Assembly (NCBI GenBank): GCA_030390025.1
Contig: CM059431.1
Coordinates: 111,106,001-111,170,000, forward strand
Source: Squalus acanthias
Taxonomy: Eukaryota
Reading direction: 5' to 3'
DNA: 64,000 nt
Part shown: in pieces, positions 1 through 15,000 of the stretch
Layout: each line of letters starts with the position of its first letter
How positions within the stretch are numbered: the stretch's first letter is position 1
Notes under the pieces: generated by a model
The model's database searches: none
What the model saw: only the letters and a program-made list of their open reading frames with translations
What the model was told of the DNA's origin: nothing
Program-made: the position numbers and the translations under genes

Positions 1-3000
1 CTGACAGTCACCAGTACACCTGTCAGTCACCAATTCAACTGTCAGTCACAAGTACACCTGTCAGTCATCAGGACACCTGACAGTCACCAGTACAACTGTC
101 AGTCACCTATACCCCTGTCATTCACCAGGACACCTGTCAGTCACCAGTACACTTGTCAGTCATCAATAAACCTGTCAGTCACCAGTAATCCTTTCAGTCA
201 GGAATACACTTTTCAGTCACCAATTCACCTGTCAGTCACCAGTAATTCCTTTCACTCACCAATACACCTGTCAGTCACCTATTCACCTGTCAGTGACCAG
301 TAATCCTTTCAGTCACCAGTACACCTGTCAGTCACCAATTCACCTGTCAGTCACCAGTAATTCCTTTCACTCACCAATACACCTGTCAGTCACCTATTCA
401 CCTGTCAGTGACCAGTAATCCTTTCAGTCACCAGTACACCTGTCAGTCACCAATTCACCAGTCAGTCACCAGTACACCTGTCAGTCATCAATACAAATGT
501 CAGTCACCAATATACCTGTCAGTAACGAGGACACCTGTCAGTCACAAGGACACCTGTCAGTCACCAGTACAGCTGTCATTAACCAGGACAACTGTCAGTC
601 ACAAATGCACCTGTCAGTCACAAATGCACCTGTCAGTCACCAGTACACCTGTCAGTCACCAGTACACCTGTCAGTCACCAGTACACCTGTCAGTCACCAG
701 TACACCTGTCAGTCACCAATTCACATGTCAGTCACCAGTACAACTTTCAGTCACCAATTCACCTGTCAGGCACCAGTACAACTTTCAGTCACCATTACAC
801 CTGTCAGTCAACAATTCACCTGTCAGTCACCAGGACACCAGTCAGTCTTCAATACACCTGTCAGTCACCAGTACAACTTTCAGTCACCAATTCACCTGTC
901 AGGCACCAGTACAACTTTCAGTCACCAGTAGACCTGTCAGTCACCAATTCAGCTGTCAGTCACAAGTACACCTGTCAGTCATCAGGACACCTGACAGTCA
1001 CCAGTACAACTGTTAGTCACCTATACCCCTGTCATTCACCAGGACACCTCTCAGTCACAAGTACACCTGTTAGTCATCAATAAACCTGTCAGTCACCAAA
1101 GCACCTGTCAATCACCAAAATACCTGTCAGTCACCAGTTCACCTGTCAGTCACCAATTCACCTGTCAGTCACCAGGACACCTGTCAGTCACAAATGCACC
1201 TGTCAGTCACCAGTACAACTGCCAGTCACCAGTACACCCATCTGTCATGAGGACACCTGTCAGCCAACAGTACACCTGTCACTCACCAATAAACCTGTCT
1301 GTCACCAGGATACCTCTCAGTCACAAATACAACTGTCAGTCATCAATTCACCTGTCAGCCACCAGTAATCCTTTCCGTCACCAAAACACCTGTCAGTCAA
1401 CAGTACAACGTTCAGTCACCATTTCACCTGTCAGTCACCAGGACACCTGTCTGTCACCAATTCACCTGTCAGTCAGCTGGACACGTGTCAGTCACCAATA
1501 TACCTGTCAGTCACCAGGACACCTGTCCGTCACCAATACACCCGACAGTCACCAGTGCACCAGTCAGTCATCAATACACCGTCTGTCACCATGACACCTG
1601 TCATTCACCAATACACTTGTCATTCACCAGGACATCTGTCAGTCACCAATTCACCTGTCAGTCACCAGGACACCTGTCAGTCACCAGGACACCTGTCAGT
1701 CACCAGGACACCAGTCATCACCAATTTACCTGTCAGTCACCAGGACATCGGTCTGTCATCCATAAACCTGTCTGTCACCAGGACACCTGTCAGACAGCAA
1801 TACAACTTTCAGTCACCAATGCATCTGTCGGTGACAATTGCACCCGACAGTCACCAGTACACCTGTCAGTCACCAATTCAACTGTCAGTCACAAGTACAC
1901 TTGTCAGTCATCAGGACACCTGACAGTCGCCAGTACAACTGTCAGTCACCTACACCCCTGACATTCACCAGGACACCTGTCAGTCACCAGTACACTTTTC
2001 AGTCATCAATAAACCAGTCAGTCACCAAAACACCTGTCAATCACCAAAATACCTGTCAGTCACCAATTCACCTGTCAGTCACCAGGACACTTTTCAACCA
2101 CCAATTCACCTGTCAGTCACCAGTAATTCCTTTCACTCACCAATAAACCTGGCAGTCACCTATTCACCTGTCAGTCACCAGTAATCCTTTCAGTCACCAA
2201 TACACCTGTCAGTCCCCAATTCACCAGTCAGTCACCAGTACACCTGTCAGTCATCAATACAAATATCAGTCACCAATATACCGGTCAGTAACCAGGACAC
2301 CTGTCAGTCACAAATGCACCTGTAAGTCACCAGTACACCTGTCATTAACCAGGACACCTGTCAGTCACCAGTACACCTGTCAGTCACCAGGACCACTGTC
2401 AGTCTTCAATACTCCTCTCTGTCACCAGGACACCTGTCTGTCACGAGGACACCTGTCTGTCACCAGTACACCTGTCATTCACCAATAAACCTTTCAGTTA
2501 CCAATTCACCTGTCAGTCACCTATTCAGCTGTCAGTCACCAGTAATCTTGTCAATCACCAGTACAACTGTCAGTCACCAATTCACATGTCAGTCACCAGT
2601 ACAACTTTCAGTCACCATTACACCAGTCAGTCACCAATTCACCTGTCAGTCACCAGGACACCTGTCAATCACAGGTACACTGCCCAGTCACCAGTACACC
2701 TGTCAGTCATCAAGACAACTGTCAGTCATCAGGATACCTGTCAGTCATCATTACAGCTGTCAGTCACCAGTACACCTGTCAGTCACAATTACACCTGTCA
2801 GTCACCAATACACCTGACAGTCATCAATAAACCTGTCAGTAACAAGGACACCTGTCAGTCACCAGTACATGTGTCAGTCACCAGTACACCTGTCAGTCAC
2901 CATTAAACCTGTCAGTCACCAATTCACCTGTCAGTCACAAGTACACCTGTCAGTCACCAATTCATCTGTCAGTCACCAGGAATCCTGTCAGTCACCAGTG

Positions 3001-6000
3001 CACCTGTTCGTCACCAGTATACCTGTCAGTCACCAGGGCATCTGTCAGTCAACAGTACACCTCTCTGTCAGCAGGCCACCTGTCAGTCACCAATTCACCT
3101 GCCAGTCACGAGGACTCCTGTCAGTCAGCAGTACACCGGTCAGTCAGCAGTACACCTGTCAGTCACCAATACACCTGTCAGTCACCAGGACACCTGTCAG
3201 TCACCAGGACACCTGTCAGTCACCAGGACACCTGTCAGTCACCAGTGCACCTGTCAGTCACCATTAAACCTGTCAGTCACCAATTCACCTGTCAGTCACA
3301 AGTACACCTCTCAGTCACCAGTTCAACTCTCAGTCACCAGTACACCGTCATTCATCAGGACACCTGTGAGTCATCAGTCCACCTGTCAGTAATCAATACA
3401 CCTCTCATTCACCAGGACACCTGACAGTCACCAATGCACCTGTCAGTCACAAATGCACCTATCAGTCACCAGTACACCTGTCAGTCACAAGGACACCTGT
3501 CATTAACCAGGACACCTGTCAGTCATAAATGCACCTGTCAGTCACCAGTACACCTGTCAGTCATCAGGACACCTGTCAGTTATCATTACAGCTGCAATAA
3601 CCAGTACACCTGTCAGTCACCAGGACACCTGTCAGTCTTCAATACACCTGTCTGTCACCAGGACACCTGTCAGCCAACAGTACACCTGTCACTGACCAAT
3701 TCACCTGTCAGCCACCAGTAATCCTTTCCATCACCAAAACACCTGTCAGTCACCAGGACACCGGTAAGTCACAAGTACACCTATCAGTCACCAATTCACA
3801 TGTCAGTCACCAGGACACCTGTCTGTCACAAATACATTGTCAGTCACCAATTCACCCATCAATCACCAGGACACCTGTCATCACCAATGCACCTGTCAAT
3901 CACCAGGACACCTGTCAGTCACCAATTCACATGTCAGTCACCAGTACACCTGTCAGTCACCAGGACACCGGTCTGTCACCAGTACACCTGTCTGTCACCA
4001 ATTCACCTGTCAGTCACCAGGACACCTGTCTGTCACCAGGACACCTGTCTGTCAGCAGTACACCTGTCAATCACCAGGACACCTGTCTGTCACCAGTTCA
4101 CCTGTCTGTCACCAGTTCACCTGTCAGTCACCAGGACACCTGTCAGTCATCAATACACACGACAGTCACCAGTACACCCGACAGTCATCAGTACACCGTC
4201 TGTCACCAGGACACCTGTCATTCACCAATACACTTGCCATTCACCAGGACATCTGTCAGTCACCAATTCACCTGTCAGTCACCAGGGCACCTGTCAGTCA
4301 CCAGGACACCTGTCAGTCACCAGGACACATGTCAGTCACCAGGACACATGTCAGTCACCAGTACACCTGTCAATCACCAGGACACCTGTCATCACCAATG
4401 CACCTGTCAATCACCAGGACACCTGTCATCACCAATGCACCTGTCAGTCACAAATGCACCTGTCAGTCACCAGTACATCTTCCAATCAAAAGTACAGTAT
4501 CAGTCACCAATAAACCTGCCAATCTCCAGTACACCTGTCTGTCACCAGTATAACTTGTCATTCACCGGGACATCTGTCGGTCACCAGGACACCTGTCAGT
4601 CACCAGGACACCTGTCAGTCACCAGGACACCTGTCAGTCACCAGGACACCTGTCAGTCACCAGGACACCTTTGAGTCATCAGGACACATGTGAGTCACAA
4701 GGACACCTGTGAGTCACAAGTACACCTTTCCGTCATCAGGACACCTGCCAGTCACCAGTACACCTGTCAGTCACCAGGACACCTGTCAGTTATCATTACA
4801 GCTGTCAGTCACCAGTACACCTGTCAGTCACAATTACACCTGTCTGTCACCAGTTCACCTGTCAGTCACCAATTCACCTGTCAGTCACCAGGACACCTGT
4901 CAGTCTTCAATACACCTGTCTGTCACCAGGACACCTGTCTGTCACCAGGACACCTGTCAGCCAACAGTACACCTGTCACTGACCAATTCACCTGTCAGCC
5001 ACCAGTAATCCTTTCCATCACCAAAACACCTGTCAGTCACCATTTCACCTGTCAGTCACCAGGACACCGGTCAGTCACAAGTACACCTGTCAGTCACCAG
5101 TTCACCTGTCAGTCACCAGTACACCTGTCAGTCACCAGGACACCTGTCAGTCACCAGGACACCTGTCAGTCACCAGGACACCTGTCTGTCACAAATACAC
5201 CTGTCAGTCACCAATTCACCCATCAATCACCAGGACACCTGTCATCACCAATGCACCTGACAATCACCAGGACACCTGTCAGTCACCAATTCACATGTCA
5301 GTCATCAATACACCTGTCAATCACCAGGCCAATTGTCAGTCACCAATTCACCTGTCAGTTACCAGTACACCTCTCAGTCATCAATACAGCTGTCAGTCAC
5401 AATTACAATTGTCACTCACCAGTACACCTGTCAGTCACCAATTGACCTGTCAGTCACCAGTAAACCTGTCATTCACTAATACACCTGTCAGTCACCAGGA
5501 CATCTGTCAGTCACCAGTACACCTGTGAGTCACCAGTACACCTATCAGTCACCAGTACACCTGTCAGTCACCAATACAACTGTCAGTAACCAGGACACCT
5601 GCCCGTCACAAATGCACCTGTCAGTCACCAGTAAACCTGTCAGTCACCAGGACACCTGTCAGTCACCAGTACACCTGTCAGCCAACAGTACACCTGTCAC
5701 TGACCAATTCACCTGTCAGCCACCAGTAATCCTTTCCATCACCAAAACACCTGTCAGTCACCATTTCACCTGTCAGTCACCAGGACACCGGTCAGTCACA
5801 AGTACACCTGTCAGTCACCAGTTCACCTGTCAGTCACCAGTACACCTGTCAGTCACCAGGACACCTGTCAGTCACCAGGACACCTGTCTGTCACAAATAC
5901 ACCTGTCAGTCACCAATTCACCCATCAATCACCAGGACACCTGTCATCACCAATGCACCTGACAATCACCAGGACACCTGTCAGTCACCAATTCACACGT

Positions 6001-9000
6001 CAGTCATCAATACACCTGTCAATCACCAGGCCAATTGTCAGTCACCAATTCACCTGTCAGTTACCAGTACACCTCTCAGTCATCAATACACCTGTCATTC
6101 ACTAATACACCTGTCAGTCACCAGGACACCTGTCAGTCACCAGTACACCTGTGAGTCACCAGTACACCTGTGAGTCAACAGTACACCTATCCGTCACCAG
6201 TACACCTGTCAGTCACCAATACAACTGTCAGTCACCAGGACACCTGCCCGTCACAAATGCACCTGTCAGTCACCAGTAAACCTGTCAGTCACCAGGACAC
6301 CTGTCAGTCACCAGTACACCTGTCAGTCATCAATAAACCTGTCAGTCACCAAAACACAGGTCAATCACCAAAATACCTGTCACTCACCAATACACCTGTC
6401 AGTCACCAGTAGTCCTTTCAGTCACCAATACACGTGTCAGGCACCAATTCAGCTGTCAGTCACCTATTCACCTGTCATTCACCAGTAATACTTTCAGTCA
6501 CCAATTCACCTGTCAGTCATCAATTCACCTGTCAGGCACCAGTACAACTTTCAGTCACCATTACACCTGTCAATCACAGGTACACCTCTCAGTCATTAGT
6601 ACACCTGTCAGTCATCAGGACACCTGTCAGTCATCAGGACACCTGTCAGTCATCAGGATACCTGTCAGTCATCATTACAGCTGTCAGTCACCAGTACACC
6701 TGTCAGTCACAATTACACCTGTCAGTCACCAATACACCAGACAGTCATCAATACACTTGTCAGTAACCAGGACACCTGTCATTCACCAATACACCTGTCA
6801 GTCACCAGTACACATGAAAGTCACCAGGACACCTGTCAGTCATCAATAAACCTGTCAGTCACCAGTACAACTTTCAGTCACCAATACACCTGTCAAACAC
6901 CATTAAACCTGTCAGTCACCAATTCACCTGTCAGTCATCAGGACACCTGTCAGTCACAAGTACACCTCTCAGTCACCAGTTCAACTCTCAGTCACCAGTA
7001 CACCTGTCATTCATCAGGACACCTGTGAGTCATCAGTCCACCTGTCAGTCATCAGGACACCTGTCAGTCATCATTACATCTGTCAGACATCAGTACCCCT
7101 GTCAGTCACAATTGCACCTGTCAGTCACCACTACACCTGTCAGTAATCAATAAACCTGTCATTCACCAGGACACCTGACAGTCACCAATACACCTGTCAG
7201 TCACAAATGCACCTGTCAGTCACCAGTACACCTGTCAGTAATCAATAAACCTGTCATTCACCAGGACACCTGACAGTCACCAATACACCTGTCAGTCACA
7301 AATGCACCTATCAGTCACCAGTACACCTGTCAGTCACAATTACACCTGTCAGTCACCAGTTCACCTGTCAGTCACCAATTCACCTGTCAGTCACCAGGAC
7401 ACCTGTCAGTCACAAATGCACCTGTCAGTCACCAGTACAACTGCCAGTCACCAGTACACCCATCTGTCATGAGGACACCTGTCAGCCAACAGTACACCTG
7501 TCACTCACCAATAAACCTGTCTGTCACCAGGATACCTCTCAGACACAAATACAACTGTCAGTCATCAATTCACCTGTCAGCCACCAGTAATCCTTTCCGT
7601 CACCAAAACACCTGTCAGTCAACAGTACAACGTTCAGTCACCATTTCACCTGTCAGTCACCAGGACACCTGTCTGTCACCAATTCACCTGTCAGTCAGCT
7701 GGACACGTGTCAGTCACCAATATACCTGTCAGTCACCAGGACACCTGTCAGTCACCAATACACCCGACAGTCACCAGTGCACCAGTCAGTCATCAATACA
7801 CCGTCTGTCACCATGACACCTGTCATTCACCAATACACTTGTCATTCACCAGGACATCTGTCAGTCACCAATTCACCTGTCAGTCACCAGGACACCTGTC
7901 AGTCACCAGGACACCTGTCAATCACCAGGACACCAGTCAATCACCAGGACACCAGTCATCACCAATTTACCTGTCAGTCACCAGGACATCGGTCTGTCAT
8001 CCATAAACCTGTCTGTCACCAGGACACCTGTCAGACAGCAATACAACTTTCAGTCACCAATGCATCTGTCGGTGACAATTGCACCCGACAGTCACCAGTA
8101 CACCTGTCAGTCACCAATTCAACTGTCAGTCACAAGTACACTTGTCAGTCATCAGGACACCTGACAGTCGCCAGTACAACTGTCAGTCACCTACACCCCT
8201 GACATTCACCAGGACACCTGTCAGTCACCAGTACACTTTTCAGTCATCAATAAACCAGTCAGTCACCAAAACACCTGTCAATCACCAAAATACCTGTCAG
8301 TCACCAATTCACCTGTCAGTCACCAGGACACTTTTCAATCACCAATTCACCTGTCAGTCACCAGTAATTCCTTTCACTCACCAATAAACCTGGCAGTCAC
8401 CTATTCACCTGTCAGTCACCAGTAATCCTTTCAGTCACCAATACACCTGTCAGTCCCCAATTCACCAGTCAGTCACCAGTACACCTGTCAGTCATCAATA
8501 CAAATATCAGTCACCAATATACCGGTCAGTAACCAGGACACCTGTCAGTCACAAATGCACCTGTAAGTCACCAGTACACCTGTCATTAACCAGGACACCT
8601 GTCAGTCACCAGTACACCTGTCAGTCACCAGGACCACTGTCAGTCTTCAATACTCCTCTCTGTCACCAGGACACCTGTCTGTCACGAGGACACCTGTCTG
8701 TCACCAGTACACCTGTCATTCACCAATAAACCTTTCAGTTACCAATTCACCTGTCAGTCACCTATTCAGCTGTCAGTCACCAGTAATCTTGTCAATCACC
8801 AGTACAACTGTCAGTCACCAATTCACATGTCAGTCACCAGTACAACTTTCAGTCACCATTACACCAGTCAGTCACCAATTCACCTGTCAGTCACCAGGAC
8901 ACCTGTCAATCACAGGTACACTGCCCAGTCACCAGTACACCTGTCAGTCATCAAGACAACTGTCAGTCATCAGGATACCTGTCAGTCATCATTACAGCTG

Positions 9001-12000
9001 TCAGTCACCAGTACACCTGTCAATCACAATTACACCTGTCAGTCACCAATACACCTGACAGTCATCAATAAACCTGTCAGTAACAAGGACACCTGTCAGT
9101 CACCAGTACATGTGTCAGTCACCAGTACACCTGTCAGTCACCATTAAACCTGTCAGTCACCAATTCACCTGTCAGTCACAAGTACACCTGTCAGTCACCA
9201 ATTCATCTGTCAGTCACCAGGAATCCTGTCAGTCACCAGTGCACCTGTTCGTCACCAGTATACCTGTCAGTCACCAGGGCATCTGTCAGTCAACAGTACA
9301 CCTCTCTGTCAGCAGGCCACCTGTCAGTCACCAATTCACCTGCCAGTCACGAGGACTCCTGTCAGTCAGCAGTACACCGGTCAGTCAGCAGTACACCTGT
9401 CAGTCACCAATACACCTGTCAGTCACCAGGACACCTGTCAGTCACCAGTGCACCTGTCAGTCACCATTAAACCTGTCAGTCACCAATTCACCTGTCAGTC
9501 ACAAGTACACCTCTCAGTCACCAGTTCAACTCTCAGTCACCAGTACACCGTCATTCATCAGGACACCTGTGAGTCATCAGTCCACCTGTCAGTAATCAAT
9601 ACACCTCTCATTCACCAGGACACCTGACAGTCACCAATGCACCTGTCAGTCACAAATGCACCTATCAGTCACCAGTACACCTGTCAGTCACAAGGACACC
9701 TGTCATTAACCAGGACACCTGTCAGTCATAAATGCACCTGTCAGTCACCAGTACAGCTGTCAGTCATCAGGACACCTGTCAGTTATCATTACAGCTGCAA
9801 TAACCAGTACACCTGTCAGTCACCAGGACACCTGTCAGTCACAATTACACCTGTCTGTCACCAGTTCACCTGTCAGTCACCAATTCACCTGTCAGTCACC
9901 AATACACCTGTCTGTCACCAGGACACCTGTCTGTCACCAGTACACCTGTCAGCCAACAGTACACCTGTCACTGACCAATTCACCTGTCAGCCACCAGTAA
10001 TCCTTTCCATCACCAAAACACCTGTCAGTCACCAGGACACCGGTAAGTCACAAGTACACCTATCAGTCACCAGTTGACCTGTCAGTCACCAGTACACCTG
10101 TCAGTCACCAATTCACATGTCAGTCACCAGGACACCTGTCTGTCACAAATACATTGTCAGTCACCAATTCACCCATCAATCACCAGGACACCTGTCATCA
10201 CCAATGCACCTGTCAATCACCAGGACACCTGTCAGTCACCAATTCACCTGTCGGTAAGCAGTAAACCTGTCATCACCAGTACACCCGTCAATCACCAGGA
10301 CACCTGTCATCACCAATGCACCTGTCAGTCACAAATGCACCTGTCAGTCACCAGTACTCCTGCCAGTCACCAGTACACCTTTCAGTCACCAAATCACACC
10401 TGTCAGTCACCAGTTCACCTGTCAGTCACCAGTACATCTTTCAATCAAAAGTACAGTATCAGTCACCTATAAGCCTGCCAATCTCCAGTACACCTGTCTG
10501 TCACCAGTATAACTTGTCATTCACCAGGACATCTTTCGGTCACCAGTTCACCTGTCAGTCACCAGTACACCTGTCAGTCATCAGGACACCTGTGAGTCAC
10601 CAGTCCACCTTTCTGTCACCAATTCACATGTCAGTCACCAGGACACCTGTCTGTCACCAGCACACCTGTCAGTCACCAATACACCCGACAGACACCATGA
10701 CACATGTCATTCACCAATACACTTGTCATTCACCAGGACATCTGTCAGTCACCAATTCACCTGTCAGTCACCAGGACACCTGTCAGTCACCAGGGCACCT
10801 GTCAGTCACCAGGGCACCTGTCAGTCACCAGGGCACCTGTCGGTCACGAATACACCTGTCAGTCACCAATTCGCCCGTCAATCACCAGGACACCTGTCAT
10901 CACCAATGCACCTGTCAATCACCAGGACACCTGTCATCACCAATGCATCTGTCAATCACCAGGACACCTGTCAGTCACAAATGCACCTGTCAGTCACCAG
11001 TACTCCTGTCAGTCACCAGTACACCTGTCAGTCACCAGTACAGCTGTCAGTCACCAGTACAGCTGTCAGTCACCAGTACACCTGTCAGTCACCATTATAA
11101 CTGTCAGTCACCAGTACATCTGTCAGTCACTAGTACACCTGTCAGTCACCAGTACATCTTTCAATTATAAGTACAGTATCAGTCACCAGTACACCTGTCA
11201 GTCACCAATAAACCTGCCAATCTCCAGTACACCTGTCTGTCACCAGTATATCTGTCAATCAACAGTACACCTGTCAGTCACCAGTACACCTGTCAGTCAC
11301 CAATAAACCTGCCAATCTCCAGTACACCTGTCTGTCACCAGTATATCTGTCATTCAACAGTACACCTGTCAGTCACCAGTACATCTTTCAATCAAAAGTA
11401 CAGTATCAGTCACCAGTACACCTGTCAGTCACCAATAAACCTGCCAATCTCCAGTACACCTGTCTATCACCAGGATAACTTGTCATTCACCAGGACATCT
11501 GTCAGTCACCAATACACCTGTCAGTCATCAGGACACCTGCCAGCCACCAGTGCACCTGTCAGTCACAATTACACCTGTCAATCAGCAGTTCACCTATCAG
11601 TCACCAATTGACCTGTCAGTCACCAGTAAACTTGTCAGTCATCAACACACCTGTCAGTCACCAGTACACCTGTCAGTCACCAATAAACCTGCCAATCTCC
11701 AGTACACCTGTCTGTCACCAGTATATCTGTCATTCAACAGTACACCTGTCAGTCACCAGTACATCTTTCAATCAAAAGTACAGTATCAGTCACCAGTACA
11801 CCTGTCAGTCACCAATAAACCTGCCAATCTCCAGTACACCTGTCTATCACCAGGATAACTTGTCATTCACCAGGACATCTGTCGGTCGCCAATTCACCTG
11901 TCAGTCACCAGTGCACCTTTCAGTCACCAGTACACCTGTCATTCACCAATACACCTGTCAATCACCAGGACACCTGTCATCACCAATGCACCTGTTAGTC

Positions 12001-15000
12001 ACCAGCACAACTGTCAGTAACCAGTACACCTGTCAGTCACCAGTACAACTGTCAGTCACCAGTACACCTGTCAGTCAACATTATAACTGTCAGTCACCAG
12101 TACATCTGTCAGTCACCAGTACACTTGTCAGTCACCAGTACACCTTTCAATCAAAAGTACAGTATCAGTCACCAGTACACCTGTAAGTCACTAATACACC
12201 TGTCATTCACTAATACTCCTGTCAGTCCCCAGGACACCTGTCAGTCACCAATTCACCTGTCAGTCACTAATACACCTGTCAGTCACCGATTCCCATGTCA
12301 GTCACCAATACACCTGTCAGTCACCAATTCCGATGTCAGTCACACATATACCTGTCAGTCATCAGGACACCTGCCAGCCACCAGTGCACCTGTCAGTCAC
12401 AATTACACCTGTCAATCAGCAGTTCACCTGTCAGTCACCAATTGACCTGTCAGTCACCAGTAAACTTGTCAGTCATCAACACACCTGTCAATCACCAGTA
12501 CACCTGTCAGTCACCAGCACATCTGTCAGTCACAAGTATAACTGTCAGTCATGAATACACCAGTCAGTCACCCATACACCCGTCAGTCAACAGTACACCT
12601 GTCATCACCAGTACACCTGTCAGTCACCAGTACACCTGTGAGTCACCAGTACACCTATCAGTCACCAGTACACCTGTCAGTCACCAATTCATCTGTCAGT
12701 CACCAGGAATCCTGTCAGTCACCAGTGCACCTGTTCGTCACCAGTATACCTGTCAGTCAGCAGTACACCGGTCAGTCAGCAGTACACCTGTCAGTCACCA
12801 ATACACCTGTCAGTCACCAGGACACCTGTCAGTCACCAGTGCACCTGTCAGTCACCATTAAACCTGTCAGTCACCAATTCACCTGTCAGTCACAAGAACA
12901 CCTCTCAGTCACCAGTTCAACTCTCAGTCACCAGTACACCGTCATTCATCAGGACACCTGTGAGTCATCAGTCCACCTGTCAGTAATCAATACACCTCTC
13001 ATTCACCAGGACACCTGACAGTCACCAATGCACCTGTCAGTCACAAATGCACCTATCAGTCACCAGTACACCTGTCAGTCACAAGGACACCTGTCATTAA
13101 CCAGGACACCTGTCAGTCATAAATGCACCTGTCAGTCACCAGTACACCTGTCAGTCATCAGGACACCTGTCAGTTATCATTACAGCTGCAATAACCAGTA
13201 CACCTGTCAGTCACAATTACACCTGTCTGTCACCAGTTCACCTGTCAGTCACCAATTCACCTGTCAGTCACCAGGACACCTGTCAGTCTTCAATACACCT
13301 GTCTGTCACCAGGACACCTGTCTGTCACCAGTACACCTGTCAGCCAACAGTACACCTGTCACTGACCAATTCACCTGTCAGCCACCAGTAATCCTTTCCA
13401 TCACCAAAACACCTGTCAGTCACCAGGACACCGGTAAGTCACAAGTACACCTATCAGTCACCAGTTGACCTGTCAGTCACCAGTACACCTGTCAGTCACC
13501 AATTCACATGTCAGTCACCAGGACACCTGTCTGTCACAAATACATTGTCAGTCACCAATTCACCCATCAATCACCAGGACACCTGTCATCACCAATGCAC
13601 CTGTCAATCACCAGGACACCTGTCAGTCACCAATTCACATGTCAGTCACCAGTACTCCTGTCAGTCACCAGGACACCGGTCTGTCACCAGTACACCTGTC
13701 TGTCACCAATTCACCTGTCAGTCACCAGGACACCTGTCTGTCAGCAGTACACCTGTCAATCACCAGGACACCTGTCTGTCACCAGTTCACCTGTCTGTCA
13801 CCAATTCACCTGTCAGTCACCAGGACACCTGTCAGTCATCAATACACACGACAGTCACCAGTACACCCGACAGTCATCAGTACACCGTCTGTCACCAGGA
13901 CACCTGTCATTCACCAATACACTTGCCATTCACCAGGACATCTGTCAGTCACCAATTCACCTGTCAGTCACCAGGGCACCTGTCAGTCACCAGGACACCT
14001 GTCAGTCACCAGGACACATGTCAGTCACCAGTACATCTGTCAATCACCAGGACACCTGTCATCACCAATGCACCTGTCAATCACCAGGACAACCGGTCAT
14101 CACCAATGCACCTGTCAGTCACAAATGCACCTGTCAGTCACCAGTACATCTTCCAATCAAAAGTACAGTATCAGTCACCAATAAACCTGCCAATCTCCAG
14201 TACACCTGTCTGTCACCAGTATAACTTGTCATTCACCGGGACATCTGTCGGTCACCAGGACACCTGTCAGTCACCAGGACACCTGTCAGTCACCAGGACA
14301 CCTGTCAGTCACCAGGACACCTGTCAGTCACCAGGACACCTGTCAGTCACAAGTACACCTTTCCGTCATCAGGACACCTGCCAGTCACCAGTACACCTGT
14401 CAGTCACCAGGACACCTGTCAGTTATCATTACAGCTGTCAGTCACCATTACACCTGTCAGTCACAATTACACCTGTCTGTCACCAGTTCACCTGTCAGTC
14501 ACCAATTCACCTGTCAGTCACCAGGACACCTGTCAGTCTTCAATACACCTGTCTGTCACCAGGACACCTGTCTGTCACCAGGACACCTGTCTGTCACCAG
14601 GACACCTGTCAGTCACCAGGACACCTGTCTGTCACCAATTCACCTGTCAGTCACCAGGACACCTGTCAGTCATCAATACACACGACAGTCACCAGTACAC
14701 CCGACAGTCATCAGTACACCGTCTGTCACCAGGACACCTGTCATTCACCAATACACTTGCCATTCACCAGGACATCTGTCAGTCACCAATTCACCTGTCA
14801 GTCACCAGGGCACCTGTCAGTCACCAGGACACCTGTCAGTCACCAGGACACATGTCAGTCACCAGGACACATGTCAGTCACCAGTACACCTGTCAATCAC
14901 CAGGACACCTGTCATCACCAATGCACCTGTCAATCACCAGGACAACCGGTCATCACCAATGCACCTGTCAGTCACAAATGCACCTGTCAGTCACCAGTAC

